Source: Spirochaetota bacterium
GTDB taxonomy: Bacteria; Spirochaetota; UBA4802; UBA5550
Length of the DNA: 64,000 bases
Direction: 5' to 3'
Assembly (NCBI GenBank): GCA_963664815.2
Contig: CAXXHB010000003.1
Location: 736,001-800,000, forward strand
Part shown: positions 19,741-30,980 of the stretch, in pieces
Layout of the letters: every line of letters begins with the position of its first letter
Numbering within the stretch: position 1 is the stretch's first letter
Program-made: the position numbers and the translations under genes
Notes under the pieces: generated by a model
What the model saw: only the letters and a program-made list of their open reading frames with translations
What the model was told of the DNA's origin: nothing
Database searches by the model: none

Positions 19741-21699
19741 TCACTGTAGCTGCGGCAGAACAGACTCGAAAAAGTCTAGTATCTCCGGATTAGCCAGCGC
19801 GTCACGGTTGGTCACTTTACGGCCGTTGAGGATATTGGCGATTGCGCTCTCGACTTTTTTTCCGTTCATTGTACGGGGGATATCGGGAGCAGATAATATG
19901 ACCTCCGGCACATGACGCGGAGAGGCATTCTCCCTCAGGGTTTTTCTGATTGCCTTATCAATATCGGGAGTCAGTTCATTCCCCCCCTTCATTTTTACGA
20001 AAAGCACAATGCGCTGGTTGCCGTGGTATTCCTGCCCTATGGCCAGGCTGTCTTCGATGGAGTCTATTTTCTGAACCTGGTTGTAGATCTCAGATGTGCC
20101 TATACGCACACCCGAAGGTTTGAGCACGGCATCGGAACGTCCGTAATATGTTATCCCCCCGGTATCGGAGTGAATCACAATATAGTCGCCGTGATGCCAG
20201 ATGCCGGGATAAACGCGGAAATAGGCGTCCAGGTAGCGGCTGCCGTCGGGGTCATCCCAGAATCCGACAGGCATGGATGGGGAGGGTGCCTCACAGACAA
20301 GCTCACCCTGCTCATCTTTTAAAGGTCTTCCATTTTCGTCATAACAGTTTATTTTCATCCCGAGACCTGCACTCTGCAGCTCACCTGAATATACCGGGCT
20401 GATGGGGCTGGCTGTACAGAAACAACCGTTGATGTCTGTTCCCCCCGCTATGGAGTTGAAAAACAGGTCATTCTTGATTTCCCTGTATACAAAATCAAAG
20501 CCGGCATCGGAAAGGGCCGATCCGGTCTGTGAAATCTCACGCAGTGCGCTGAGATCTGCTGAATTCTTCGGAGAGAAGCCTTCGGACATCAGCGCATGAA
20601 TATAGCTGGCGCTCAGGCCGAAAACCGTAACCTTTTCCTCTTCCAGCACCCTCCATATGGAGGAGGTTTCAGGCCAGGATGGATTTCCGTCATAGAGGAC
20701 AACCGTACAGCCGGTGCCTATTGCAGCCAGCTGCCAGTTCCACATCATCCAGCTGCAGGTGGTGATATAAAGCAGCCGGTCCGATGGTTTCAGATCTGTA
20801 TGGAGCAGCAGCTCCTTCAATTGATTGATCAGCAGCCCGCCCGCCGACTGTACCATGCATTTAGGCTTGCCTGTGGTGCCGGATGAAAACATAACCACGA
20901 GAGGATGTCCGGAAGGGAGCTGTTCAAAAACAAAATCCGCAGGGGCCTTAACGGCCAGATAATCCTCCCATCGTACACCACCGGGGATATTGCCGGTTTT
21001 ACTGCTGTCACCGGCGTAATGAGCTACTATAACCTTTTCTACTGAGTTGATCCCTGCAGCAACAAGTCCTGCGTTTTCCAGAACATCAAAGCTTTTTCCC
21101 TTGTAATAATAACCATCGGCGGTGAGCAGAATCCTCGGTTTTACCTGGCCAAGACGATCGATGGCTGCTGTATAGCCGATGTCGGTTGCGCATGAGCACC
21201 AGACAGCACCTGTTGCGGCTGCTGCGAGCATTCCGATAACTGTTTCAGGCATATTCGGCATATATGCGGCTATTGTATCACCGGCTTTAATACCATCGGC
21301 ACGAAAAGCGGTTGCAAGGCGTACTACATTGTTATACAGCTCCCTGTGCGAAAGTTCCAACCTTGTCTCGTTTTCACCGCGGAATATAAGGGCCGGGCCA
21401 TCAAGCTCTGAGTAACGGAGTAAATTCTCGGCATAATTGAGCATCGCACCGGGGAACCAGTCTGCACCCGGCAGCTTTTCCGGATCTTTAACAGGAGTAA
21501 GATATGGCCGGGAGACAATGATTTCAAAAAACTGCCAGAGTGTATCCCAGAATTCAGGTATATTTTTGACAGACCAGTCGTAAAGAGCCGGGTAATCATG
21601 CAGTTCAAGAGAATGTTTTTTATTCACATAGCAGATAAATTCAAACATTTTAGTACTCCTGATGTATTCATCGGAGGGTTTCCATAACATATTCCTCAT
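19741..21699 (-). CDS. acetoacetate--CoA ligase
   Basis: LWKPS, WFPGAMLNYAENLL, FSSGTTGKPKC, TTCSWMMWNW, WHHGD, GRSDAVLKPSGVRIG, GKKVE. Confidence 0.93.
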   Translation of the reverse strand: MRNMLWKPSDEYIRSTKMFEFICYVNKKHSLELHDYPALYDWSVKNIPEFWDTLWQFFEIIVSRPYLTPVKDPEKLPGADWFPGAMLNYAENLLRYSELDGPALIFRGENETRLELSHRELYNNVVRLATAFRADGIKAGDTIAAYMPNMPETVIGMLAAAATGAVWCSCATDIGYTAAIDRLGQVKPRILLTADGYYYKGKSFDVLENAGLVAAGINSVEKVIVAHYAGDSSKTGNIPGGVRWEDYLAVKAPADFVFEQLPSGHPLVVMFSSGTTGKPKCMVQSAGGLLINQLKELLLHTDLKPSDRLLYITTCSWMMWNWQLAAIGTGCTVVLYDGNPSWPETSSIWRVLEEEKVTVFGLSASYIHALMSEGFSPKNSADLSALREISQTGSALSDAGFDFVYREIKNDLFFNSIAGGTDINGCFCTASPISPVYSGELQSAGLGMKINCYDENGRPLKDEQGELVCEAPSPSMPVGFWDDPDGSRYLDAYFRVYPGIWHHGDYIVIHSDTGGITYYGRSDAVLKPSGVRIGTSEIYNQVQKIDSIEDSLAIGQEYHGNQRIVLFVKMKGGNELTPDIDKAIRKTLRENASPRHVPEVILSAPDIPRTMNGKKVESAIANILNGRKVTNRDALANPEILDFFESVLPQLQ

Positions 21700-21768
21700 A
21701 ATACTGATCCTCACTTCATGTGATAAAAATATTTTTCTGATTTATATCCAATTACAACCGGAATCATT

Positions 21769-22635
21769 TTATCTTTTTAATCCGATAATTTCCCTTGCTT
21801 CTTTGGGATTTGCGACTTCTCTCCCTATTGATTGTACTGCATTAACCGCCCATTCCACCAGTTCATAGTTCCCTTTTGCAAGTTCTCCATTGGGCATTCG
21901 TGTATTGTCTTCAAGACCCACTCGGATATTTCCGCCGGCAATAAGGGACTGCAGGCATGCAGGGAACTCATCTGTACCTACACCGCAGGTTGAGAAATTT
22001 GAATCAGGCGGAAGCGCGTTCACCATAGTCATAAAGGAATCGGGCCTGAATCTCTGGCCGCCGGCAACACCCCATACAAAATTGATGTTATAGGGTTTGC
22101 TGAAAAAGCCCTGTTTGCTTATAACAAGGAAATTATCAAGTCCACCTATATCATATACTTCCAGTTCCGGTTTGACATTATTACTTTCCATTGCCTTGCC
22201 GAAATTCTGCAGCATTGTAAAGGTATTTGTAAATATGGCGTCATAGATTATATTGCCAGTTTTACGGTCGAGAAAGCTGAAGTTCATAGTATTGGTGTTC
22301 AGTGATGCCATTTCAGGTTTTATTTCAATAATCTGGGCTATCCTTTCATCGGCCGTTGCGTTCGGCCCGACGGCCGAGCTTAATTGTACAATTGCCTCGG
22401 GAACCCTGTCTTTTATTGCATTGTATGTATCCCTGATCCGCTGAATTTCATGAGTAGGCATGCCGTCATCTCTCTTTGCGTGGACATGAATTACGGAGGC
22501 ACCTGCCTTAAAGGCTTTTTCTGAAGCATCGGCAGCCTCTTCGGGAGTATATGGAACCGCAGGATTATTCTGCTTGAATGTGCCGACACCTGATATTGCC
22601 ACTGTAATGATTACTTTGCTGTTTTCTTTATCCAT
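21769..22635 (-). CDS. beta-keto acid cleavage enzyme (Kce/BKACE, DUF849)
   Basis: VIITVA, NPAVPYTPEE, AGASVIHVHA, KPELEVYD, RVGLEDN. Confidence 0.93.
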   Translation of the reverse strand: MDKENSKVIITVAISGVGTFKQNNPAVPYTPEEAADASEKAFKAGASVIHVHAKRDDGMPTHEIQRIRDTYNAIKDRVPEAIVQLSSAVGPNATADERIAQIIEIKPEMASLNTNTMNFSFLDRKTGNIIYDAIFTNTFTMLQNFGKAMESNNVKPELEVYDIGGLDNFLVISKQGFFSKPYNINFVWGVAGGQRFRPDSFMTMVNALPPDSNFSTCGVGTDEFPACLQSLIAGGNIRVGLEDNTRMPNGELAKGNYELVEWAVNAVQSIGREVANPKEAREIIGLKR

Positions 22636-22700
22636 ACTGTTATCTCCTTGAAATTTTTATGGTTGTTTATATTATTATATATATCATAATAAAATTCATA

Positions 22701-22754
22701 TTGAGCGTGCTCAAAGAAAAGAAGAATGTCAATAAAAAAACTGAGCGCGCTCAA
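22701..22754. promoter_or_regulatory. two palindromic operators in the divergent kce/TetR promoter
   Basis: TTGAGCGTGCTCAA (22701-14) and TGAGCGCGCTCA (22742-53) flank a minus-strand TTGACA (22732-27). Confidence 0.75.
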
Positions 22755-22860
22755 ATTAATTATATACTAATTGCTTAAAGATTTTTTTGTTGCTTTACAC
22801 TTACTGTTTTTTAGGATATTCATGTGGTAAAAATCATTACAAAATATAAAAGGATTTACT

Positions 22861-23490
22861 GTGGAAAACGTTAAGGAGAAAATCCTCAATACATCAAAGG
22901 ATTTATTCATTATTCATGGCTATAAAAACACAACAACCAGGCAGATTATAGCCCAGGCAGGGATTCTGAACGGCACCCTTTATCATTTTTTCAAAAATAA
23001 GGAGGAAATATTTAAATACATAGTTCTGGGAGTGCTTGATGAACTGGCTGAAACCGTTGAAAGGCTGACAATAAAGGATAAAAGCCCTGCATTAAAATAC
23101 GCGTGTATAATCGCCATAGATTTTTATACCGTTAAAAAGCATAAACATATTGCGGAATTATATTATGAAGCATACAGTCTATGGACTATATTCAATGCCC
23201 TTGTAAAGAGGGCATCCATAAGAAATAAGTCACTCTTTCAGATATATAATCCAGATTCAACTGATGAGGATTTTTATCTGAAAACCACAATCGTTGAAGG
23301 AGCAATGTATGGATTTATAACTGATAATTATCATAAAGGTGACATATCTTATAATAAAAGTATCATAGCTATATTGAGACTATCTTTAACTATTTTCAAT
23401 GTACCTGAAAAAGAGATTGAAAATGCCATTACCAAATCCCTTGAACTTATAAAAAGGAAAAAATTTGAAATTATGGGATTCACCATCTGA
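22861..23490 (+). CDS. TetR-family regulator
   Basis: KEKILNTSKDLF..HGYKNTTTRQI...AGI..GTLYHFFKNKEEIF. Confidence 0.9.
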   Translation: MENVKEKILNTSKDLFIIHGYKNTTTRQIIAQAGILNGTLYHFFKNKEEIFKYIVLGVLDELAETVERLTIKDKSPALKYACIIAIDFYTVKKHKHIAELYYEAYSLWTIFNALVKRASIRNKSLFQIYNPDSTDEDFYLKTTIVEGAMYGFITDNYHKGDISYNKSIIAILRLSLTIFNVPEKEIENAITKSLELIKRKKFEIMGFTI

Positions 23491-23635
23491 AAACTGCCTG
23501 AGGTTTTTTATGGAATCAGTGCAGGTAATTCGCCATGGCTGAGAGCATACAGAACAGTTAAGTACAAAAATCAGGAAATTATTATGAAGCTAAAAAGTGT
23601 CTGTTTTAAAAACAGACTGTACAGTACTCCCGGAA

Positions 23636-25369
23636 TTATCTTGCAATAAGAACTTTCTGGTTATCAAGCAAAATTGTACTGCCGCTGCTGTAGCCTTTGG
23701 CATAAAAATGGATATAGTAGATTCCATTTCCCAGTATATTCCCCGATTTATTATTCCCTTTCCATCCGTTCTCCTTAATGTTTTCACCGCTGCGCCTGAA
23801 TGCATTATCAAGAAGAACTGACACCGTATTACCACCTTCATCAATGACAGAGAGTGTGACATAGGCATCCTCTGTAAGATAGTAGCATGGATATGCCCTC
23901 GTGTTATCATCTGTAATGACATTGTTGAGGATATATGTCGGTTTTTGCGCTATAATTGAAGGTGTACCGACAAGATATGTCCATTCTGCCAGATTCGGGT
24001 CGGTATCAGAGTCCCTGTCAACAAAGGTAGATACGCCATTATTTCTCAGTTCAACAATAAAGCGTACAGCTGCACCATTTTTAATAATCTGATTTTTACC
24101 TGTTGAAGGGACTGTCGGCAGATACGCTGTCCATTTGTTTGTACCGGTATTAACTGCAGCAACTGAATCCAGATTTGCCCCCAGACCGGAAGTGTTCGGG
24201 ACAAGCAGCGCTGTCAACATATTAAGCGGCTCAGTGGATACCGGGGCAAACCAGACATAGCAGGCATCCGGCTGCTGGGTTGAAGCAACTGTGTATATGG
24301 AAACAACTGTGTTCGTTTCTCTTAATGGTCTGAGGGCATTATTAGTCAGGTTGGTAAAATCGCTGTAACTTGTTATACCGTCAGATATTGTCACAGAAAG
24401 AGAATAGGGAAGTGTTGTTACGTTTCTCAGTGAGCCTGCCGGAGGCCATGCATTTGTATAACTGACTTCGTTGCCGAATACATCAACGGCAGTAATATAA
24501 AAACTATAGGCTGTTAAAATTTCAAGGTTTGGAATTGAAGTATATTTCCAGCTGTTTGAATCGAAGTGTTTTGAAGCATCACTCACCGGATAAGGGGGAC
24601 CGGGATTATTGGTCAATCCGCGGAGTGTCGAGTCGTTGGTACCGTTCCATAGTTTATAAGAAGAATCCGTATTCGCTTTGTAATAGATCCTGTATTCGTA
24701 AAAATCCTGTGCAACTACTGTTGATGTATCTACAGGATCCCAGTACAGGGTCAGTGATGTCTGAGTTACTGATTTACCTTCAAGGCTTATAACCGCGTTA
24801 CCCGTTGTCGGCGGGTTATCACGATTCCAGTAAACTGAATTTGAAGCACTTGAAGCCAGGCTTGAGACATAATCTCCGCCGGCAGCAGTCACATTGTACG
24901 TCCATTGTACTGTTGAAGGTGAAGCTATCCAGCCTGTAAGAAAACCTGATGAATTGTCATATGGAACGGCTCCTGTCGCAGTATAGGAGCCTGATGGGAT
25001 TGTCACTGTGAATGTTCCGGTATTTGTACTATCCGTATATGTAACGGTAAACTGAACATCCCCATACATCGGCGAACCATATGTTGTCCCGCCATCTAAG
25101 CTCATTTCTGCAGTTAATTCAATCTCTGTTCCTGAAAAACCGTAACCTCTGTAGTAGGTGGAAAATGTGTATGGTGAGCTGCTTGTCGGGCCAAGTCCTA
25201 TCCCGCCAACAAAGCGTATACCGGTTACCTTCACAAGGTATGGAGGTGTTCCTGCTGACAATGTCTGTTTGGTGTTATAGCCGGATACCAGGGATATAAG
25301 AATCAATATTAAGACTAATATTAATGTTCTCTTATAATTCCTGATGTATTTAAAATTTGTTATATGCAT
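23636..25369 (-). CDS. secreted Ser/Thr-rich protein with fibronectin-III-like domain and C-terminal FlgD-Ig-like domain
   Basis: Signal peptide; TSLTLYW..YRIYY..YSFYITAVDVFGN; C-terminal VTLSVIDEGGNTV..L..WKG.N.SG..LGNGIYYI. Confidence 0.7.
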   Translation of the reverse strand: MHITNFKYIRNYKRTLILVLILILISLVSGYNTKQTLSAGTPPYLVKVTGIRFVGGIGLGPTSSSPYTFSTYYRGYGFSGTEIELTAEMSLDGGTTYGSPMYGDVQFTVTYTDSTNTGTFTVTIPSGSYTATGAVPYDNSSGFLTGWIASPSTVQWTYNVTAAGGDYVSSLASSASNSVYWNRDNPPTTGNAVISLEGKSVTQTSLTLYWDPVDTSTVVAQDFYEYRIYYKANTDSSYKLWNGTNDSTLRGLTNNPGPPYPVSDASKHFDSNSWKYTSIPNLEILTAYSFYITAVDVFGNEVSYTNAWPPAGSLRNVTTLPYSLSVTISDGITSYSDFTNLTNNALRPLRETNTVVSIYTVASTQQPDACYVWFAPVSTEPLNMLTALLVPNTSGLGANLDSVAAVNTGTNKWTAYLPTVPSTGKNQIIKNGAAVRFIVELRNNGVSTFVDRDSDTDPNLAEWTYLVGTPSIIAQKPTYILNNVITDDNTRAYPCYYLTEDAYVTLSVIDEGGNTVSVLLDNAFRRSGENIKENGWKGNNKSGNILGNGIYYIHFYAKGYSSGSTILLDNQKVLIAR

Positions 25370-25741
25370 TTGAACTTATCTATAAAATAATTTATACCGA
25401 TACATTTGTAAAAATCTCAATTGTTCTTCTATAATAAGCTAAAGAATAAATACTATAATTAATTGGAAAATGGCAATAAAAAAAGATACTTTTAATTTTC
25501 ATTTTCGAAAATTAAAAAAATTTAAATCAACATGGAATTATTTGTGTAAAAATTATCTGTTTATTTATTGAAACATTATGCTTTGACTTTATTACGGATG
25601 TAATATATGTTTTAATTTTATACAGAGACTGTCAGGAAGCTTATTTTTTAATATTATACTATATATTTGTTTTGTGAAAAGAGATTTTTGGTAATTTTAT
25701 ATAAATCTTAAATATAAGAAATATATTCTGGAGATCCGGCA

Positions 25742-27058
25742 ATGATAAGGTTAAAACCGTTTATTATGATCATAACAGTTTTATTTCTCCTTCCCGGTTG
25801 CACAGTGGGGAGTAAATCTTCCGGCGATGCATCTGCCCAGGACACTACTTACGGCAACAGCGGTATAGTCCGCTATGCCGGGAAGGGATATTATGACCAG
25901 AGTTTATCTTTAATATCGAATTCTTCAGGGCAGATTTTTGCAACAGGCTACACAACAGATTCCGGAAATACTCAGCTAATGGCTTTATGGAAATATACCT
26001 CGGACGGGGTGCTGGACACAACATTCGGCAACAGCGGAGTCGCCACTTACTCCGGCGGAAGTTATGATGTAGGCAACAGGGCAATAATTGACAGTTCAGG
26101 CAGGATTTTAGTTGTCGGCTACAGTGGTTTGAATATGGCAATCTGGAGATACACATCAGGAGGTGTGCTGGATTCGACTTTCGGCAACAGTGGAATTGTT
26201 ACATATTCCGGTGATGGTAATCTCGCCCGGGGAAACGGTATAATCGTTAATAGTTCCGGTTATATTATTGCTTCAGGATTCAGCCTGAATTCTGACAAAC
26301 ATATTGTAATGACCATCTGGAAATACACATCTGCCGGTACAGCTGCCTCGTCATTCGGCACAGGGAGTGTTGTTTCATATTCCGGCACAGGGAATAATGA
26401 TTGCAGCAACGCAATTACCCTGGACAGTTCAAATAATATCTACGTGGCCGGTTACAGCGTTAATGCTAAAAAGCAGAATATGATGGCTGTGTGGAAATAC
26501 ACATCTGCCGGTGGAGCTGACTCGTCATTCGGCACAGGTGGTGTTGTCTTATATTCAGGTACCGGGAATAATGATTGCAGTACTGCGATTACCCTGGACA
26601 GTTCGAATAATGTTTACGTTGCCGGTTACAGCTACAGTTCAGATAGTCAGATGATGGTTATCAGAAAATACACTTCCGGAGGTATACCTGATTCATCTTT
26701 CGGTACAGGCGGGACTGTTAATTACACCGGAAGTGGAGTCATCAATTACGGTTCAGGAATCAGTATTGACGGGTCGGGTAATATATTTGTAACAGGGTCC
26801 GCCGATTCTGATAGTCTGCAGCAGATGACAATATGGAAGTACAACTCTAATGGAAGTACTGATACATCATTTGGATCGGGCGGATTGGTTACATACTATG
26901 TTTCAGATTATTACGATCATAGTAATGATATTGTTCTTGATAACTCCGGCCGTATACTTGTCACCGGTTACAGGTTAAATTCAGAGAAAAAAACCATGAT
27001 GGTTTTATGGCGTTATAACTCAAACGGAACACTGGACAGTACTTTCAATCCTTTATAA
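25742..27058 (+). CDS. beta-propeller repeat lipoprotein (delta-60-like repeats)
   Basis: Lipobox LPGC; about 7 repeats of I..DSSG.I.V.GY....M.IWKY.S.G..D..FG..G. Confidence 0.8.
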   Translation: MIRLKPFIMIITVLFLLPGCTVGSKSSGDASAQDTTYGNSGIVRYAGKGYYDQSLSLISNSSGQIFATGYTTDSGNTQLMALWKYTSDGVLDTTFGNSGVATYSGGSYDVGNRAIIDSSGRILVVGYSGLNMAIWRYTSGGVLDSTFGNSGIVTYSGDGNLARGNGIIVNSSGYIIASGFSLNSDKHIVMTIWKYTSAGTAASSFGTGSVVSYSGTGNNDCSNAITLDSSNNIYVAGYSVNAKKQNMMAVWKYTSAGGADSSFGTGGVVLYSGTGNNDCSTAITLDSSNNVYVAGYSYSSDSQMMVIRKYTSGGIPDSSFGTGGTVNYTGSGVINYGSGISIDGSGNIFVTGSADSDSLQQMTIWKYNSNGSTDTSFGSGGLVTYYVSDYYDHSNDIVLDNSGRILVTGYRLNSEKKTMMVLWRYNSNGTLDSTFNPL

Positions 27059-27446
27059 AGAAATGCCATTTACTCAAAATAATATGTGATTTGCAGAACC
27101 ATCCTTTAGACTGGAAGCCGGGATATAAAAAATTTTTAGTTTCCGGTGGTTTGACTTTGCTCGTAACAGGTAAGATTACATTCGTAGTACAACTGATGCA
27201 TTTAATGAAAATATCTGCGTTTAACCTGTAAATTGCATCCCGCTTTAAATCCATTCGCTTTTAATGATTATCCTGCTGAAAAATGATGTTTATTCTTCTT
27301 TAATAAAGTTTGAAACGGCAACAGAAACTGATTATAATAATTAATAATGACACCCTAAATGATAAATACAGATGCATGAGCCGGCAGGTTTTTCATAAGT
27401 CGCGGCATGAGGGTTTTACTGTTTATATATTTGAATGAGGTAAACT

Positions 27447-29363
27447 ATGGGAAAAAAAACAAGCCTTTCGACAAAGATAATAATCAGACTTTCAATGATT
27501 ATCTCTGTGTTTATTGCTGTTGCTGTTGTCCTGTCAATTATAGGCCTCAGGTACTACTATCTTAATAATTTTTACTATGACAAGGCTGAAGACTTTGCCG
27601 GTGCTGCCCGCAGTCAGGTAATTTCAATTTTTAATGCTGAAATAGATTCGGGAAGACATACTCTTGATGAGTTGATGAGTGATCAGTACAGGGAATTATC
27701 TGTTGAAGAGTGTCTTGATTTTTGGAGTGACCCGGCTGACAGGGGAAAATTCACTGAAGAATACCTGAACAGAATTTTCAAAAATATAGACAGCAGCAAT
27801 CCGGCAAAAGTTGAGGATTATAGAAGATTTATGACAACCTACAGCCAGGACCTGACGCTGGTAAAAGCAGTGAGAAACATAATGGATGGTTTTCTGACGA
27901 TAAAACCTAAAGGGCTTCTCTTTGTCGGGGTCATAGACAGAAATGGATTTGCCGCTTTCCATCACTCAGAAAACAGTATGAAAATAACCGGTGACTTTAA
28001 AAAAGATGTAATACTGTCCCGGACAAACCGTAAATGGGATTATCTTGGAAGGAGTATTGATCAAAAGGGAATGAAAAAAACTGTTTACAGAAGAGACACC
28101 GGCACTGAGGCGATTATGATATCCGAGCCGATCTATATAAGCGGAAGATACTGGGGTGGGGTACTTGTAGCATATGATATTAAAGATATTAATAGAAAGA
28201 TATACACTGCAACATCAATTGTGACGGGGATAATCCTTTTCGGCGCGTTTGTAATGTTTTTCTCCCTTTTCCTGATGATAAGAAGCAAATTAAAACCTGT
28301 AGTGAAAATCTCCGGAATATTAAAAAAAGTGGCAGAGGGTGATTTCACAATGACTATTGATTACATGTCAAATGATGAAATAGGGGAGATAGCAGAGAGC
28401 TCAAACATGATGATCAGACAGTCGGCTAAAACAATTGATTACCTGAAAACAGCCGCCGCATCCCTTGCGGCGTCAAGCGAGGAGCTGACCGCCACATCGG
28501 TCAATCTCGGCAGCAGCAGCAGCAACCAGGTGCATTCGGTGCGTGACATCTCAACCGAGCTTAACCTGGTACTTGATTCGATCGGAGAGACAACGGAATA
28601 CATCGGAGAGCAGGTTAACGATATTTCAAAAGCGGTTGATTCTATCAGCAGCCTTGAGGATATGTCCAACAGAATTGTATCTAATATGAACAGCGTAAAG
28701 AGGCAGAGTGATGATTCAAATAAAATTGCAGGTTCCGGAGAACAGATGAGTGCATCAGCCATGGAGGCGATTGAAAAGATTGTTGAATCAACAAAAAAAA
28801 TCGCAGATATGGTAAATATCATCAACGACATTTCTGACCAGATAAATCTGCTTTCGCTTAATGCGAGCATAGAAGCAGCGCGCGCGGGTGAGGCCGGGAG
28901 GGGATTTGCTGTGGTTGCAGAGGAGATAGGTAAACTGGCAGACAACACATCAAACCAGGTTAAACAGATACATGCCCTCTCTGCGGAGATAACCAATAAC
29001 GTCCATGCGGGGAACGAAATGGTGGTTAACATAAGAAAATCTATCGTCATGATAATGGGAAAAATATCGGAAAACTCCAGAGCCATAGAGGAAATTACGG
29101 AACTAAGTGAACAGCAGGCGCATAACCATACAGTAATAAAAGAGACAATGATCAGTCTGGAGGAAAAATCGCACAATATCATAGAAGTGGCTAATTTTCA
29201 GAAATCCAACAGCGAATCGATGAAAGAGGCTATAACGAGGGTAATGAACTTCGCTTCAGAGGCCGCATCGGGAGCAGAGGAGATAGCTGCGTCATCAGAA
29301 GAGCTGTCATCAAGAGCTGAGGATCTGAGCAATATGGTCGAGGGATTTAAAACCCGGCAGTAA
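27447..29363 (+). CDS. methyl-accepting chemotaxis protein
   Basis: Two TMs, [45 protein letters not shown]. Confidence 0.95.
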   Translation: MGKKTSLSTKIIIRLSMIISVFIAVAVVLSIIGLRYYYLNNFYYDKAEDFAGAARSQVISIFNAEIDSGRHTLDELMSDQYRELSVEECLDFWSDPADRGKFTEEYLNRIFKNIDSSNPAKVEDYRRFMTTYSQDLTLVKAVRNIMDGFLTIKPKGLLFVGVIDRNGFAAFHHSENSMKITGDFKKDVILSRTNRKWDYLGRSIDQKGMKKTVYRRDTGTEAIMISEPIYISGRYWGGVLVAYDIKDINRKIYTATSIVTGIILFGAFVMFFSLFLMIRSKLKPVVKISGILKKVAEGDFTMTIDYMSNDEIGEIAESSNMMIRQSAKTIDYLKTAAASLAASSEELTATSVNLGSSSSNQVHSVRDISTELNLVLDSIGETTEYIGEQVNDISKAVDSISSLEDMSNRIVSNMNSVKRQSDDSNKIAGSGEQMSASAMEAIEKIVESTKKIADMVNIINDISDQINLLSLNASIEAARAGEAGRGFAVVAEEIGKLADNTSNQVKQIHALSAEITNNVHAGNEMVVNIRKSIVMIMGKISENSRAIEEITELSEQQAHNHTVIKETMISLEEKSHNIIEVANFQKSNSESMKEAITRVMNFASEAASGAEEIAASSEELSSRAEDLSNMVEGFKTRQ

Positions 29364-29477
29364 GATGTTACTCCGGTTATAAAAAAATGCGGCCAGGCAG
29401 CCGGCACAGTATGCTGTAAAGAGCTGCGCTTCCGGGTAAAAGTTACCGTTGGTGTAATTGACCTGTGAGATCCCCGG

Positions 29478-29795
29478 TCAGAATATCACCATATAAACTG
29501 CAGCAGACAGCATGACGCACAGCGGAATAAAAATAATGATCAGAAAACCGAAGACCCTTCCTGATACAAATCTCTTTGTGCCGTCTTTTTCTTTATGCAC
29601 ATAGACCCGGCCGCGCCTGTAATAGCCTGAGCCTGATATATAATCTTCCTCTCCACAGGAGAGTGAGCCCTTGCTGTATATGTGTAAAAGTTCAAGAATT
29701 GCTATGCTAATGCCTGGCAAAGAGGGCATAATAATTGTCGGGATCATAATACCGGCAAAGATACCTGTGCCGAGAAAAATAAATATCATAGGCAT
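29478..29795 (-). CDS. small membrane protein
   Basis: Two hydrophobic segments; ATG 29795 after AAGGGG. Confidence 0.5.
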   Translation of the reverse strand: MPMIFIFLGTGIFAGIMIPTIIMPSLPGISIAILELLHIYSKGSLSCGEEDYISGSGYYRRGRVYVHKEKDGTKRFVSGRVFGFLIIIFIPLCVMLSAAVYMVIF

Positions 29796-30037
29796 GTCCC
29801 CTTTTTTACCGGTGCTTATGTAAAACATTAAGCTATAACGGCATATAGTAAATGTCGAGTAAATTTCCAAAAATTAGTTACCGGTAGTTTCACTGCTGCC
29901 AAAAGGTTTTTTATATGCATCACCCAGTTTAATTCCGGCCCATGAACCTGTTGTTGCATCTTTAAATCTTACATGGGCTTTTGTATCAGTCTCAATCAGT
30001 GTATTATTGTAAGTTTGCAGCTATTATTGAAAAATAT

Positions 30038-30074
30038 TTGACAATTTGAAATAACTATAAGAATATGCTTATAA
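30038..30074 (+). promoter_or_regulatory. promoter/operator, copy 1
   Basis: TTGACA-N12-TATAAG-N6-CTTATA; same layout at 32138-32174. Confidence 0.6.
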
Positions 30075-30115
30075 TTATTTAACAAATAATGACTGGAAAA
30101 TTATAAATATCTGCA

Positions 30116-30865
30116 ATGAACAATTCAATACTACGGCTGAAAAAACAGACATTTCAATATCCGGGCACTCTATTGCTAATTATAGTTATTGCTGTTATTG
30201 CGTGTTCTTCCGGTAAGTCCATGAATATCAGGAATAACTCAAAATATCTTATGCTTGAAAAAGCTTATGAAATGAAATCATTTCAGATGTATGAAAGCTT
30301 TTTCGAACAATGGCACAGAGAAAGTAATCCAATAACTGATGACGAACTGTCAAAGGAGCCGGAGTATTTAAAAGATATATATTCTGTTATGAACCTTTTC
30401 TATAATTCAAAAGATAAATTGCAGTCATTCACTACAAAAGAGATTGATCGTCATATCAGTGAAAATCAATACGTAATATTACAGAACAGGCTCAATTATT
30501 TCATTACATTAAGAAAAGGGGAGAGAATAACCGGTAAAATTGATAATTTCAGGCCGGATGTAAAATACAGGAATAAAAAATATCTTTATCTGAATAATGA
30601 GTATGAAGCTATTCTAAAAAACTATTATAAAATAAGGGGAACAGATGCATCCCGGGCAGATAGAGAATCAGTTTTTAATTATTTCATAAAGTCAGATCGG
30701 CCCTTCATTTATCCTAACATATGTGATATAAATGTATACTATAATACAAATCCGGAAAAAGGGTTGGCAATAGTATCATATACTTTCGGTTTTGTGTCAA
30801 ACTGGACTTCCATGTTTAAAAAGAGAGATGGAAAATGGATATTGATTGAGACACAACCTATGTAA
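30116..30865 (+). CDS. hypothetical lipoprotein
   Basis: Basic N-terminus, hydrophobic stretch, VIAC lipobox. Confidence 0.7.
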   Translation: MNNSILRLKKQTFQYPGTLLLIIVIAVIACSSGKSMNIRNNSKYLMLEKAYEMKSFQMYESFFEQWHRESNPITDDELSKEPEYLKDIYSVMNLFYNSKDKLQSFTTKEIDRHISENQYVILQNRLNYFITLRKGERITGKIDNFRPDVKYRNKKYLYLNNEYEAILKNYYKIRGTDASRADRESVFNYFIKSDRPFIYPNICDINVYYNTNPEKGLAIVSYTFGFVSNWTSMFKKRDGKWILIETQPM

Positions 30866-30980
30866 CTGCATGAACTAATAATAAAAAAAACACAGGGCAT
30901 TAAAACAACTGAACTTTGCTCACTATACTTAGATAAACTTACCAGTTAAAACTGTATCATTTGCATTTATGCGTAATAAC

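Noticed and set aside
28439-29182. Long antisense ORFs (also 3419-3862, 36130-36684, 37685-38221, 43217-43795)
   Set aside because: Shadow frames opposite well-supported genes
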